From the NCBI GenBank assembly GCA_051294375.1, contig CM119265.1:12636582-12700581 (forward strand): DNA of 64,000 nt, in the 5' to 3' direction. Below the pieces are notes generated by a model. It ran no database searches. It had not been told where the DNA came from and saw only the letters and a program-made list of their open reading frames with translations. A program made the position numbers and the translations under genes. This DNA comes from Paraspadella gotoi. Taxonomy: Eukaryota; Animalia; Chaetognatha. Shown one piece after another: positions 26,532 to 37,519 of the stretch (positions are counted from its first letter, which is position 1; each line of letters starts with the position of its first letter).

Positions 26532-29111
26532 TCACTTAGTCTTCTCATTCGCCGGCCAAAGACTCGGCGACGGAGATTTGGAGAAATTTGGCGAAAGCAG
26601 ACGCCCCGTCTTGGGCGGCAACGGTTCCATCCGTGCGTGAGAAGGCGCTTTATTCAGTGAGTGACGTGGCCCCTCAATCTCGAGGCGAGTCGAAGTATCG
26701 CCCGGCGATAAAAGCTGCGGCGGCGGAAGAGGCGGGGGAGGAAGCGGCGACGTCGCGTCGGCGGACGCTGGCGGCGACGGCGCGGCGATCGGCGCATCGT
26801 CGGATTGAACTCCGAACCATTCCATCATTTTGCGCCGTCGATCCGAAGTCTCTAGCATCGATTCCAATTGTCTTTCAATTTCTTCCCGAGTAAATTTCGT
26901 TTTCCTCGTCGTTTCAAGGTTCGTCTCCGATCGCGCCGTCGTAGTTCCATCCGTGCCTTTTTCTTCCTCGTCCTCAATTAAGAAAATATCCTGGTTTTTA
27001 TCGTTCTTTTCCCGCCGCCTCGGAGATTGCTCCGCCGGGTCGGCTCGTTTCCCTTCGTTACAATCATCCGCGGACGAATCCATTGAATCCGCTCTTCGTT
27101 GCGTTGAATCGGAATTGCGATGGAATTTTTTTCTCTCATCGACGGATTCTGCGGAGCGAGGTCGCTTTTCATCGAAGACGTCGTCGTCGTCGTCGTCGTC
27201 GTCGTCGCAAAGTTGCGAACGACGAGCTTTACTTTGTTCTTTACGTTCTCTTCTCTCGTTCGAGGGTTCTCCTAAACTATGCATAACTTCCACGCTTATC
27301 TCTTGAACGTTGGTCACTTGTTTATAGAAAGTCTTTTGTACGAGTTGTGGACTGTCCGACGTTACGTTTAAAACGCTTGTAAAAGCTTCGTTTGTATCAA
27401 AACTTTGTTGAGAAGCTATATTAATTTTCTGATTTCGGTTTTTGCTTTTATTTCCATTTTTTATGGAAATTTTTGTTAATTTAAGTGGCCTTTTCTTTCT
27501 CACGGAATAATAGTCGTTCATTTTTTTCTCGTGCCGTTGATTGACTCCAATGGCCTGGTCGGTTTTTATTTGTTTTTGTGATTTGTCTAATTCCATTTGA
27601 CCAGATTTTACTTTGGCTTTTCCCGGTCGATCGGGCGAACCCGATTCGAGCTCTCGACTTTTAATTTTCTTCCAGAGATCCTCGTTAACTTTTTTAAGCT
27701 TTTCCCTAAAGTCTTTCGCCTTGTTTCTATCAGTATTCATCCGACTATCCATCTTTCCTTGTTGAAAATTGAACTTGGAGATATTTTCTCCATCGTTGTA
27801 AATTTCATTCTTGACTCGAAGTTTGTTCACTTCTTCGATATATACCAAATTCGTACCGAGCGTTTCTCCAGTGATAGCTTGCGCTTTCAGTTTTTGATTC
27901 GCGTCATCAAAATTGTTTTCAACGGTATCAATGTTTTCATCGCATCTTCTTAATTCGACTTCACTTTTAATCGAATTGACAACAAAAACCTGATTGTCTA
28001 AGTCATTCCTATTCTCTGCAGTTTCATTGTCACTAACTTCAACTTTAATTGTTTCTATTTTAACTGGATTTTCAACTTCGATAATTTCCTCATTGATTTC
28101 GCAGTCGTTTTCCTCAGTTATGGCATCCGTATTTTTCTTAGCTAAATTATTCGTAATAACAAATTTGTCTCCTTCGATCGCTTCGTCAGCGTTATCAGAA
28201 TCGCTTATCTCACTTTCAAAATTGCAAATCGCGAAATCGTGATCGGATTGGTTCTTTTTTCCTTCACAATTGCGTTCCTTATTTTGTGATACTTTTTCTT
28301 GTTTGATATCCACCTCGGCGTTTAAATTGTCGCCCGCATTCTTGTGATAATCGGCAATTACGGTTTCGCATTCGAGGTCAGAAAATCCGGAATCCTCTTT
28401 GACAATTTTGTCGACGACTTCGTGGCCTTCGGAATCATGGCCTTCATCTTCATGGCCAATATCTTCATCGCCGCCATCAACTTGGCTATTATTTTTGTTG
28501 TCATCGTTATTTTTTTGTCCATTGTCTTTGAGGCCGGAATCCAAGTGGCCGTTATCGTCTCCACCATCACTGTGGCCGTTTTCTTTGTGGCCATCGTCTT
28601 TGAGGTCGACGTCTCTGCGACAATCGCTTTCCCGGTCGATATATTTAAGGCCATTCACTTGGCGATTATTGTCTCGCAGGCAGTGAACTTCGTGGCCGAC
28701 TTCGTTTGGGTCGTTCTCTTTTTGTCCGTCCGCTTTTAGTCCGTCCGCTGTCAGTCCGTCCTCTGTGACCCGAGAGTTTATGTCTTGAACCAACGTCTCG
28801 TCATGATTCTCAGGTCTCGTACCTTTGACCTTGATTTGACAAGACGGGCACAGGAGTTCGTAGACGGCTAATAACATTTCCTGCATCGATAGAAATGGAA
28901 ATACATTGGCTGGAAAGAGAGAGAAAGAAAAAGCGAAAGAAGGAAAGAAAAAATAAATTAAACAACTAAAGAAAAAGAGTCTCACCTGTGCTTTCATCAC
29001 CGACGCAACTTGCATCTGCAAGGTAAACATCATTTGTTGTATTGGGAGGACGGCTTGCCCGTTGTGACTGATGTTAGCCTCGGTCGGCTCAAAGTTTGTG
29101 ACGGTTGTCAT
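26532..29111 (-). CDS. Uncharacterised, largely disordered ~824-aa protein, paralog A (exons 29111-28986 and 28880-26532)
   Basis: The 859-codon ORF contains a 105-nt GTGAGA...ATGCAG intron (28985-28881). The spliced N-terminus reads LQMQVASVMKAQ|EMLLAVYELLCPSCQIKVK. It has an acidic, low-complexity middle, the C-terminal motif KFTREEIERQLESMLETSDRRRKMMEWF and a Pro-rich tail. Confidence 0.85.
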   Translation of the reverse strand: MTTVTNFEPTEANISHNGQAVLPIQQMMFTLQMQVASVMKAQVRLFFFSCLIYFFFPSFAFSFSLFPANVFPFLSMQEMLLAVYELLCPSCQIKVKGTRPENHDETLVQDINSRVTEDGLTADGLKADGQKENDPNEVGHEVHCLRDNNRQVNGLKYIDRESDCRRDVDLKDDGHKENGHSDGGDDNGHLDSGLKDNGQKNNDDNKNNSQVDGGDEDIGHEDEGHDSEGHEVVDKIVKEDSGFSDLECETVIADYHKNAGDNLNAEVDIKQEKVSQNKERNCEGKKNQSDHDFAICNFESEISDSDNADEAIEGDKFVITNNLAKKNTDAITEENDCEINEEIIEVENPVKIETIKVEVSDNETAENRNDLDNQVFVVNSIKSEVELRRCDENIDTVENNFDDANQKLKAQAITGETLGTNLVYIEEVNKLRVKNEIYNDGENISKFNFQQGKMDSRMNTDRNKAKDFREKLKKVNEDLWKKIKSRELESGSPDRPGKAKVKSGQMELDKSQKQIKTDQAIGVNQRHEKKMNDYYSVRKKRPLKLTKISIKNGNKSKNRNQKINIASQQSFDTNEAFTSVLNVTSDSPQLVQKTFYKQVTNVQEISVEVMHSLGEPSNERRERKEQSKARRSQLCDDDDDDDDDVFDEKRPRSAESVDERKKFHRNSDSTQRRADSMDSSADDCNEGKRADPAEQSPRRREKNDKNQDIFLIEDEEEKGTDGTTTARSETNLETTRKTKFTREEIERQLESMLETSDRRRKMMEWFGVQSDDAPIAAPSPPASADATSPLPPPPLPPPQLLSPGDTSTRLEIEGPRHSLNKAPSHARMEPLPPKTGRLLSPNFSKSPSPSLWPANEKTK

Positions 29112-29121
29112 TGTAATTTCA

Positions 29122-29510
29122 CTAAAATTTAAGCGCTTGAATTCGAGTTTTTTTACATATTACCGTTGATACTTATTTTTAGAATAACTGGATGAAAAAG
29201 CATTATTATTCAAAGAGCCATTGAAAACGTTAAAAATTTTGGGTTGTAAAATGTTCGTGCGGAGAGCTTGAGAGAGAGAAAGAATTTAACTGATTCATTG
29301 CGTGCAAGAAAATTTAAAAAAGAAATCTTCTCGGAGCGAATTTAAGATCAAGCCAAAAAAAACTGTTCAGATTCACAATAAAAATCAAGCGGGAGAAGGA
29401 TTTTTACCCTGACCTCTCCTGGACACACGTGGTGTGTGGCCGGCGATTGACTTCAACCGTATCATGATCGAAAGCTCTGATTGGTCGGTCGGTCCCCCGA
29501 CAGGGATTGG
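29122..29510 (-). promoter_or_regulatory. Candidate promoter and 5'UTR intron of paralog A
   Basis: Two CCAAT boxes on the minus strand (29480-29484 GACCAATCAG; 29506-29510), a CACGTG at 29426-29431, a GTAAAA donor at ~29407 and a TTTTAG acceptor at 29122, 10 nt before the ATG. Confidence 0.45.
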
Positions 29511-29741
29511 CGGAGAAGCGAAAGTGTAAATCGATAAATAGAATGGAAAAAATGAATCTCGGGGACTTGAAATAAAATTTTAACGGGGACAGAAAAAATC
29601 GGACCGAGGTTGAAAGAGAAATCAATCCAAAAAATGTGAATGGATGAGACAAAGTAAACAAACGATAAATTGTGACAAAGATAAAGAGTTTAGTGTTTCA
29701 TCGACTTCCCCGACGGACTAGAGACGGCGAAACCGTTTCGA

Positions 29742-29783
<42 letters not shown>

Positions 29784-30000
29784 AGGCTAATCGGATTCTC
29801 TATTGTTTTGTATTTCGATTCGACCAGTTTTAATTTCTTTCGCTTCGTTTTTCGTTTTTCTTTTTGCGGAATAAATTAGTGTTGGCTATTGCAGCATCTC
29901 TAGATCCGGGTAATGGAGTACTATAAGAAATACTTCGACCAAACTAATATTGATTGTTCGATGTTTATTTTTAAACAAATTAAATCATTTTTTTGATTCT

Positions 30001-30393
30001 ATGAAATTGGTACAACCAATATAAAAATTATCCATTCATTTAATAAATAAGCTATCTTGCCCCTGACTTTGGACAGGCTTTGGTGGTTTAAGGCCTCCAT
30101 CACTCTTACAAGATAATGACATAGCAGGTCCCTGCAAGGTTTCAATCAAGACTCTCTCACAGTCTCGTTTATTCACTCCCAGAGTACCTGGCTTCCCTAT
30201 CAATGAAGTGGTATAATATTTCAAAGAATGTTTCAATTGTATGAAAAGACCACTCCCTTAAGTATTAGATCCGCACTAGCATCAAAATACAAGGAGCTGA
30301 ATTTTATGAAATTGGTACAACCAATATAAAAATTATCCATTCATTTAATAAATAAGCTATCTTGCCCCTGACTTTGGACAGGCTTTGGTGGTT
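30001..30393 (-). mobile_element. Same interspersed element: ~250-bp copy plus a tandem ~90-bp copy of its end
   Basis: 30001-30250 is the reverse complement of 13242-13500. 30306-30393 repeats 30001-30088. The terminus ATGAAATTGGTACAACCAATAT also occurs at 55523. Confidence 0.85.
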
Positions 30394-30518
30394 TATATTA
30401 TTCTTTATTTAACAGATTACTTCTTAGTTCTATTCTGATTCATTTTGTACATAAATTAGAAATTACCAATAATTTATTAGAACAGGTATATTATTAAACG
30501 ATGAGGACAAAATCAAAT

Positions 30519-33500
30519 TCATGTCATGTCCCGTCGTGGGGACCAAAAATTTAAAGAGTTCTGAGAAAAATTTGGACAGAAGTTTCGAAATTCAGAATTT
30601 CCCTCGGGAAGATACGGATTTAAACCCGATTGTATCTCGTGCGAAAAGTTCGGGGGAGTCTGAAGAAGCCCTTTCTGCGGATATTCCGGAACGTTATATG
30701 GATTTGGAACGTCAGTGCGTTGCAGATCGTCAAAGTTACATTGTAGCGTAGCGTTACATCGAGCCGAAGCGTCAAAGCGTGCCTGTCCATCGCAGTGTCC
30801 AGGAAATTCAATCTGTGTCGGAGCGTCAAACTGTGCCGGATCGTCATAGTGACCATAACCGTCAAAGCGTGCTTGAGCGTGATACTTTGGCGGAGCTTGA
30901 AAATGTGCAGAACCTTCATAATGCGCCGGACCGTCGCGTGAAAATGCACTCCACCTATGAAATTTTCTTTCCTGCATCGAGCCAGGTCGGCGATCGTTAT
31001 AAGAGGTATTTTGTTTCCCCGAAGACTTGTTCCAACGCCCCTTTGCGACGAATGCTTTGTAACGCTTCTTGCGATTGGTGAAACACTTTCCCGCTGCAAA
31101 GACTTGGTTCGACGTATTTGATTGGTTCTCGTCCTCGGCGACGTCAGTGGTCGTCGTTTCGTCGAACCATTCCACAAATTTGCTCTCTAGCATTTTCTTG
31201 CAGGGAAAGAATCTGCTCTCGTAAAAACGAGTCAACTGTTTCTCGATTTCTTCGCGAGTGTAATCCTTTCTGACGGATGCTTGGAGTCCGGCCTTTTCGC
31301 GACCGGATGCGTCGTCCCATTCGGAGATCTGAAAGTAGAGATACTCCAAACGATCGCCGAGAAACGCGGGATTATCGGGCGTTGACGAAGACGGCTGCCA
31401 GGCGGAGTTTATGTCGGTCAACAGAGAAGCGATAGATCCGTTAGGAGAATTAGAAGTCCCACTTTCATCTTCCACCTCGATTCGTTTCTTTTTGTTCGGT
31501 TCAAGTGACAACTCTGTTTCTTTGAATGGCCTTTTATTCTCGCGTTCACTCAACGTTTCGTTTTTTACATTTTCATTTGTCAATTTCTCATTTTTGCTTC
31601 CTTCTGCTTCGTTCCCGTTATTTCCTTTTACATTATCGGCATTATCTTTCTCGGTAGTATCTTTTCCGGAATTATCTTTTCCGGTATTATCTTTCCCGTC
31701 ATTATCTTTTCCGTCATTTTCTTTCCGAGCATTATCTTTCCTAACATTCGTTTTGTCGTCATTTGTTTTCCCGTCATTTGTATTCCCGGCATTCTTTTTC
31801 CCGTCATTCTCTTTCCCGTCATTCGTTTTCCCGGCATTTGTCTTGTCGTCATTTATTTTCCCGTCATTCGTTTTCCCAGTATTCTCTTTCCCGTCATTCA
31901 TTTTCCCGTCATTCATTTTCCCAGCATTTGTCTTGTCATTTATTTTCCCGTCATTCGTTTTCCCAGTATTCTCTTTCCCGTTCATTTTTCTCCCATCATT
32001 TGTTTTCCCGTCATTCGTTTTCCCAGTATTCTCTTTCCCGTCATTGCAGTTTTCCCAGCATTTGTCTTGTCATTTCGTTTTCCCCGCATTCTCTTTCCCG
32101 TCATTCTCTTTCCCATCTTTCCTTTTCCCGTCATTCCCTTTCCCCCCTTCGGTGCCATCGTCTTCCCCTTCCTCTGTTATTCTTTCCTCCCTCCCCTCCT
32201 CTCCCCTTAACTCCCCTTCCTCCCTTTCCTCAAATTCTTCCTCCTCGTCGCTTTCGATAAAATTTCCGCGCCTCGATTCGCCCTCCTTCCACGTCTCTTC
32301 CTTCTCCTTAGAATTTTCCATTTCTCCCGGTTTCTCTTCTATTATCTCCTTTTTCTTTTTCATTTTTTCCTTCTTCCGAATTTTATCTTTGGGTTCGCTT
32401 CCGTCTTCGTTAGACGCTGAAAGGGTTTCCTCCTCGCCCGCCTTCCTCTCCACTTTCTCCGATCCCGATCTCTCATTTTTCTTTTCCTCCCCTCTCTCTT
32501 CTTCTCCGTTCCTCGGCGTTTGACTTTCCTCTTTCGTTCGATTCTTTTCATTCTCCTCGTCGGTCTCCTCCCTTTTTCTCTTCGACCTTTCCTTCTCGTT
32601 GTCTTTCATAGATTTCTTCCTTTTCCTCTCTTTCTCGGGACGAAGATGTTCGACCGTGCGTCCTTCCCGTTTCTCATCTCTTTCCTCTCCCTCTTCCGCT
32701 TCCTCCCTTTTTTCTCCGCCGTCCTTCCTTCCTTCCTCCTTCCCCGCTCCTTCTCCCTCCCAACTTTCCGCCCCGCCTCCCCATTTCTCCCTCCGTTCTT
32801 TTAATTCCTCCAAATCGAAAATTCTCGATTCTTTTTCATTCGGAAATATTTTTTTCTGTTTTTCTTTCGTTTCTTCCGTTTCTCCTTTGCCGGAAGAGGC
32901 GGATAATTTATCCTTCTTTCCGGCAGAGGAGAAAAGTTTTTTTTTAGTCTCGGCTGGAGAAGAATGTCCCGTTTTATGAGTAGCGGAAAATTCTTGCTTT
33001 TTAACTGCAAAGTTGATACTTTTTGATTTCTCTTCGCTGGGAAATTTGTTTTTTCCGTCTAAAGTCGAACTAGAAGATTTATCCTTTCCAGCGGAGGTGG
33101 TTCCATTGTGTTTGGGAGAAGAGGAAGAACTTTTTCTTTCAACGGAATGAGAACTTCTGTTTTGTTTAGCAAAGGGCGTTTTCCTTTCTTCCTCCTTTTC
33201 CGTTTTTCTCGCAGTTGAGGAACGTTCGTTATTTTGGGAAACATTTCCCGTATTCGTGGAACTCACGGAAGAAATTTCATTTGTTTTAGCGGAATTAAAA
33301 AGGTCCTTCTCTTTTCCGGCGGAATGACATTGCTTTACTTTTCTCGAGGAAGAAGATGTTGTTTCGTTTCCGGAGAGTTTGATTTTTTCCAATGAAGATT
33401 TATTTTTCGAACTGGATGAAGATTTTTTTCGTACGGAGGAGGAATGTTCTTTATTTCCGGACGACCGGGGCGAATCTTTGTTTTTATCGGCAAAGGAAAC

Positions 33501-34265
33501 TGATTCTTCCCCTTTTTCGATCGACGGGTGAGACTTTTCCGGTTTCCCAGCGAGGGAAGATTTTTCCGCTTTACATACCGAAGACGATCCCGACGAGTTT
33601 GTTCCCTTAATTTTCTCTCTCGAACTTTTTTCTTTCTTCTTTTCGATTTTCACGTTTTTTCCGTCTTCTCCGAAACTCGCGCTCAAAGCAACGTTTTCAC
33701 GATTCGCGCTCAAACCGCGTTTCACGGATCCGTCGAGAATTTCGCCTTTCGTCGGAATCTCCGCGCAGCTGGATTTAGCAAATCCCGCTTTCTGATCGCC
33801 GTCAAAATCCGCGTCATCTTTCACGCCCACGTCTTTTCGATTTCCGGCAAAACTCGCTTCTTTTTCGTCTAGTTTTCGATCAGCGGCGTCGTCTTTTTCC
33901 TTTTTGTTCGAGATTGCGGCGTCTTTTCGGCGCCCCGTTGAGGGTTCGTCGAGCGAACCGGAGTCGATTTGTTGCGGCGACGTCCAACTTTTGACGCTGA
34001 TCTTGATGCGACACGTTGGGCAGACGATTTCATAGATGCGAAGTAAGAAGTTCTGGGGAGAAATTTTTAGACAATCTAAATTGCAAGTCCGCTGGTTCGT
34101 ATTATTCGTTATTATCCTACTTACTTCCAGCTCGGTAGCGACGTGCCGCTGCATCTGCAGCAACAACAGTGCGTCTTCCATGCTGTAAAGTGAAGTCGAA
34201 GGGTTGCCGAGGAGTCCGTCAGGCTTGCCAGAATCGTAGACGTTTGGCAGAGGTTTTGAATCCAT
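30519..34265 (-). CDS. Uncharacterised, largely disordered ~1220-aa protein, paralog B (exons 34265-34125 and 34052-30519)
   Basis: ORFs 32070-34265 and 30519-31985 are in the same frame. The single TGA at 32070 sits in a 15-bp repeat array where three 1-nt insertions relative to the repeat unit restore the frame. A 72-nt GTAAGT...CCCCAG intron spans 34124-34053. The N-terminus reads LQMQRHVATELE|NFLLRIYEIVCPTCRIKIS; the C-terminal motif is DYTREEIEKQLTRFYESRFFPCKKMLESKFVEWF. Confidence 0.8.
31635..32140 (-). repeat. Coding 15-bp tandem repeat (NDGKE/NAGKT/NDDKT pentapeptides)
   Basis: TTTCCCGTCATTC-type units are repeated dozens of times within paralog B. Confidence 0.9.
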
Positions 34266-34873
34266 AATTCTCTAAATATTCGATCCAGTTTCTTTTATTT
34301 TTTGTTAAAATATTTTTACGAAATCGTTTGTTAGGAGAGGCGGGCTTGTTGTCGTTTTAATTTCCAGCTTACGACTTTTACCACGACGCTCCTCGGGTCG
34401 AAAGTCTTCCTCCTTAAAAGACTTTTACCAATTTAACGAAAACACTTTTGGTTTTCAACATTTGTTCAAGTTTCTGCGAAACAGTTTTGGAAAAGAAATT
34501 GGGTCTAAAAATGAAAACAATCCTTTTTATTTTTTATTTTTTATTTTTTTATTTTTTTAATTTTTATTCGTGAGAGCAAAAACTTTAGGATTGACCTGAA
34601 ATAATTTAATTAAGGGCCTCATTTCTCTCGAACTTGATTCAAAATGAGGCGGCTTCGTTCACTTTTTCTAGGCTTCAACAATTCTTAAAGTAGGCTTTCG
34701 CTAACCTAAGCTGCTGCTTTTCCCCGATGCGGAATCCCTACTGCTGCGTCCAGGCTGCCGAGTTCGGCTTCCAACTCACGGCTCTGAAATTCCCCAGCAG
34801 CTGAAAATACAGAACACAATGTCACGAGGATCACACCCAAAAAAAATATTGGTTCATTCCTCGGGAGACGTGA

Positions 34874-34906
<33 letters not shown>

Positions 34907-35688
34907 GCGGCGGCGGCCTGGTCCTCTTTAAATCGCCTCAGGTTTCGTCGTTGTACTCGAGACGAATTTTAAAATTTTAATGTTCGTCAAAACAAGATTT
35001 AAGCACAGTTGTTTCTACATTTTTTTGTATATTTGTAATAATTGTTAAACTCTGGACTTTCGGCGGTCGTTTCAAGATGATGCAATTTTTTTTATTAAGT
35101 TTTTAAATATATAATAAATATATAACTTAATAAAGAACGACGCTTTGGTTTTAAATCAAAACAAACCACTTTATACACAAAAAATGAAAACAAGAGAAGA
35201 GATAATATGAATATAAAAAAAAATCGAAAATAAAAGTTTTTAGAGAGGTAACCATTTCGTTAGGTTACCTGGCCCTCGATTTATTCGCCGGGTGAAATTT
35301 TGTTGTTGTTGTTCACGTCTGACTCGTCGATCGTTAACTCAAAGGAGCTTTTTACATCGATAACGTTTTTATAATCGGTCTCGTTCTTGTTTAATCACAA
35401 TCACGGGCGATTCCGAACGAGAGATTTCACTGGAAATTCCGCGTGAACGATTCACGATTCACCCGGAATCTTCGTCTGTCTGTTTCCTTCTCTCCTTTCA
35501 TCGCCATCACACGGGTTCACGGTCTGGATCCCACCTTTCACTCATCTCCCTCTTTCTTTAACCTTCCTCTACTAATACTCCTCCTCCTCCTCTTCTTCCT
35601 CCTCTTCCTCTTCCCCCTCCTTCACCTTCCCAACGTCGTAAACCTAAGAGGATCTCAGCGCCGACGAAGGAAATCATCCCAAAAGCGA

Positions 35689-35961
35689 TCAATCACGACG
35701 ATTCGAAGGGAGATTTCGATCCTCGGGGGTGGTAAGTTGGGGATGGTGGAGCTGAGAGGGGTGGGGTTGGGGATGGTGGAGCTGAGAGGGGGTGGGTGGG
35801 GATGGTGGACTGAGAGAGGGTGGGGGTTGGGGATGGTGGAGCTGAGAGGGTGTGGGGTTGGGGATGGTGGAGCTGAGAAGAGGGGGGGTTGGAGATAGGA
35901 TTGGACGAATGTAGTCGTCTGGCGTGGGAAGGGTTTCAATGGGGAGGCCAGACGAGATCGT
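35689..35961 (-). CDS. Candidate exon with a ~30-bp coding minisatellite (PSQLHHPQPH repeats)
   Basis: A (CT)n tract and caccag acceptor precede TISSGLPIETLPTPDDYIRPILSPTP...SQLHHPQPHPSQLHHPQLTTPEDRNLPSNRRD*. The + strand carries the unit GGGGTTGGGGATGGTGGAGCTGAGAGGGGT (~35736-35880). Indels shift the frame locally. Confidence 0.4.
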   Translation of the reverse strand, partial: TISSGLPIETLPTPDDYIRPILSPTPPLLSSTIPNPTPSQLHHPQPPPSLSPPSPPTPSQLHHPQPHPSQLHHPQLTTPEDRNLPSNRRD

Positions 35962-36998
35962 CTGGTGAGAGAGAGAGAGTAGAGAGAGAGAGAAGAGAGA
36001 GAGAGAGAGTGATATGATGAGAGAGTAGAAAATAGAAATTGGAGAGCGAGAAAGAGGGCCAAAAGTTTTCAAAATTAAAAGGAAGGCTTGAGGTTTAAAG
36101 GTTTGATATCTTAACCCGAAGCTGCAATAAAAGGAGAACTGGGACACGGGTGAGTTGGCGGGTAGGGACGCTGAGGGAGGGGGGGTAAAGAGGTGAAAGG
36201 TCAGGAGTAAGTGGACGGGTTAAAGATCGAGAGGGCAGTGATCTATGGGTTCGGGTGAGGCGGAGGCGAATAAAGGTGAGTGATGAATGGAAGGAGGAAA
36301 CATTAACCGATTCCTCGATCTCTCAGTTCGACAGTCGGAACGAATCCGGGGCGTGCTGAGGCAGCGGAAGACTGTGTACACAGTTGCTGCTGCCGTTTTT
36401 GTTGGGGGTACGCAGAGGTAAATTTTCTTCGGTTTTAAACCCTGTAGCAGAATAGTAAAGTTTCTTTTATTTAAAGTTTGACCGTCTCGTATCACTATCA
36501 GCATCAGAAAATATATCCTCCCCAGTAAAGCAGATACCGAAAACCAGCAGGCTGATAAATTGCTGAGAAAATACTCGAATATTGACGGACAGAAATGCTT
36601 CTTATCGCAGGCAAGCGTCGTTTTTTCATAATTCTTTTGTAGCGGGATTCTATTTACGTAATTTTTTTTTATTTCTTAAAACCGAGACAATCGAACCGCT
36701 AGGATGTCTTGCTCAAACTCGTAGCTTTAAATTTCCGAAACAAACACAAAAACTGTTTGTAACTTTGTAAACAATAAGAAAAGAAATAAAGACGAAACCG
36801 GCCTCTACGGCGGATGAAAAAAAATCCCCAAAAAACACAAATAAAACAAATTTGTCGTAAAAAAAAACGCAAAAAAGGGGAAAAAAAGTCGACCTCGCTG
36901 CTCGAATTTTAGGGATTTAATGTCGAGGACAAACAACACGTAACCATGGATCATGATTAAAAAACAAATCGCGCGGGGAATGAAAGAAAAAAAACATT

Positions 36999-37062
<64 letters not shown>

Positions 37063-37519
37063 CGAAAAGAACAGGGGGGGGAAAACTGAAAGATAAACTT
37101 ACATACTTAGAAAATCTCACATACTCAAAGAATAAGCTTATTTCTACTGATAGACTGACATAAAAAAAAATAAGAAGGAAGCGAAAAAAGGGGGTAAGTA
37201 AGATTTTTATGGATTAAGGATGAATAAAGAAAGGAGAAGCGAAGAAAAGATAAGAAAAGAGAAAAGATGGAACGTCAACGAAAAAGAAAAAAAAAAACAA
37301 ACTCCTTTTCTGTACAAGAAAATATTGGGTGATTAATTCCCCTTCCTTTGCGGTTTTTTTTTTATTCTCTCTTTGTGTAGCTCTCACCGCAGGTCTTTAT
37401 TTTTGTCGCTAATCGTCGTCATCATCGTCGTCGTCGTCGCTGTCGTCGTCGATCCTTTCTTTATTTTATTCTATTCTTTCCTTCTTTTTTTTTTNNNNNN
37501 NNNNNNNNNNNNNNNNNNN

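Noticed and set aside
31411-32523. 370-aa plus-strand Phe/Ser/Pro-rich ORF
   Set aside because: It is the antisense shadow of the purine-rich repeat region of paralog B.
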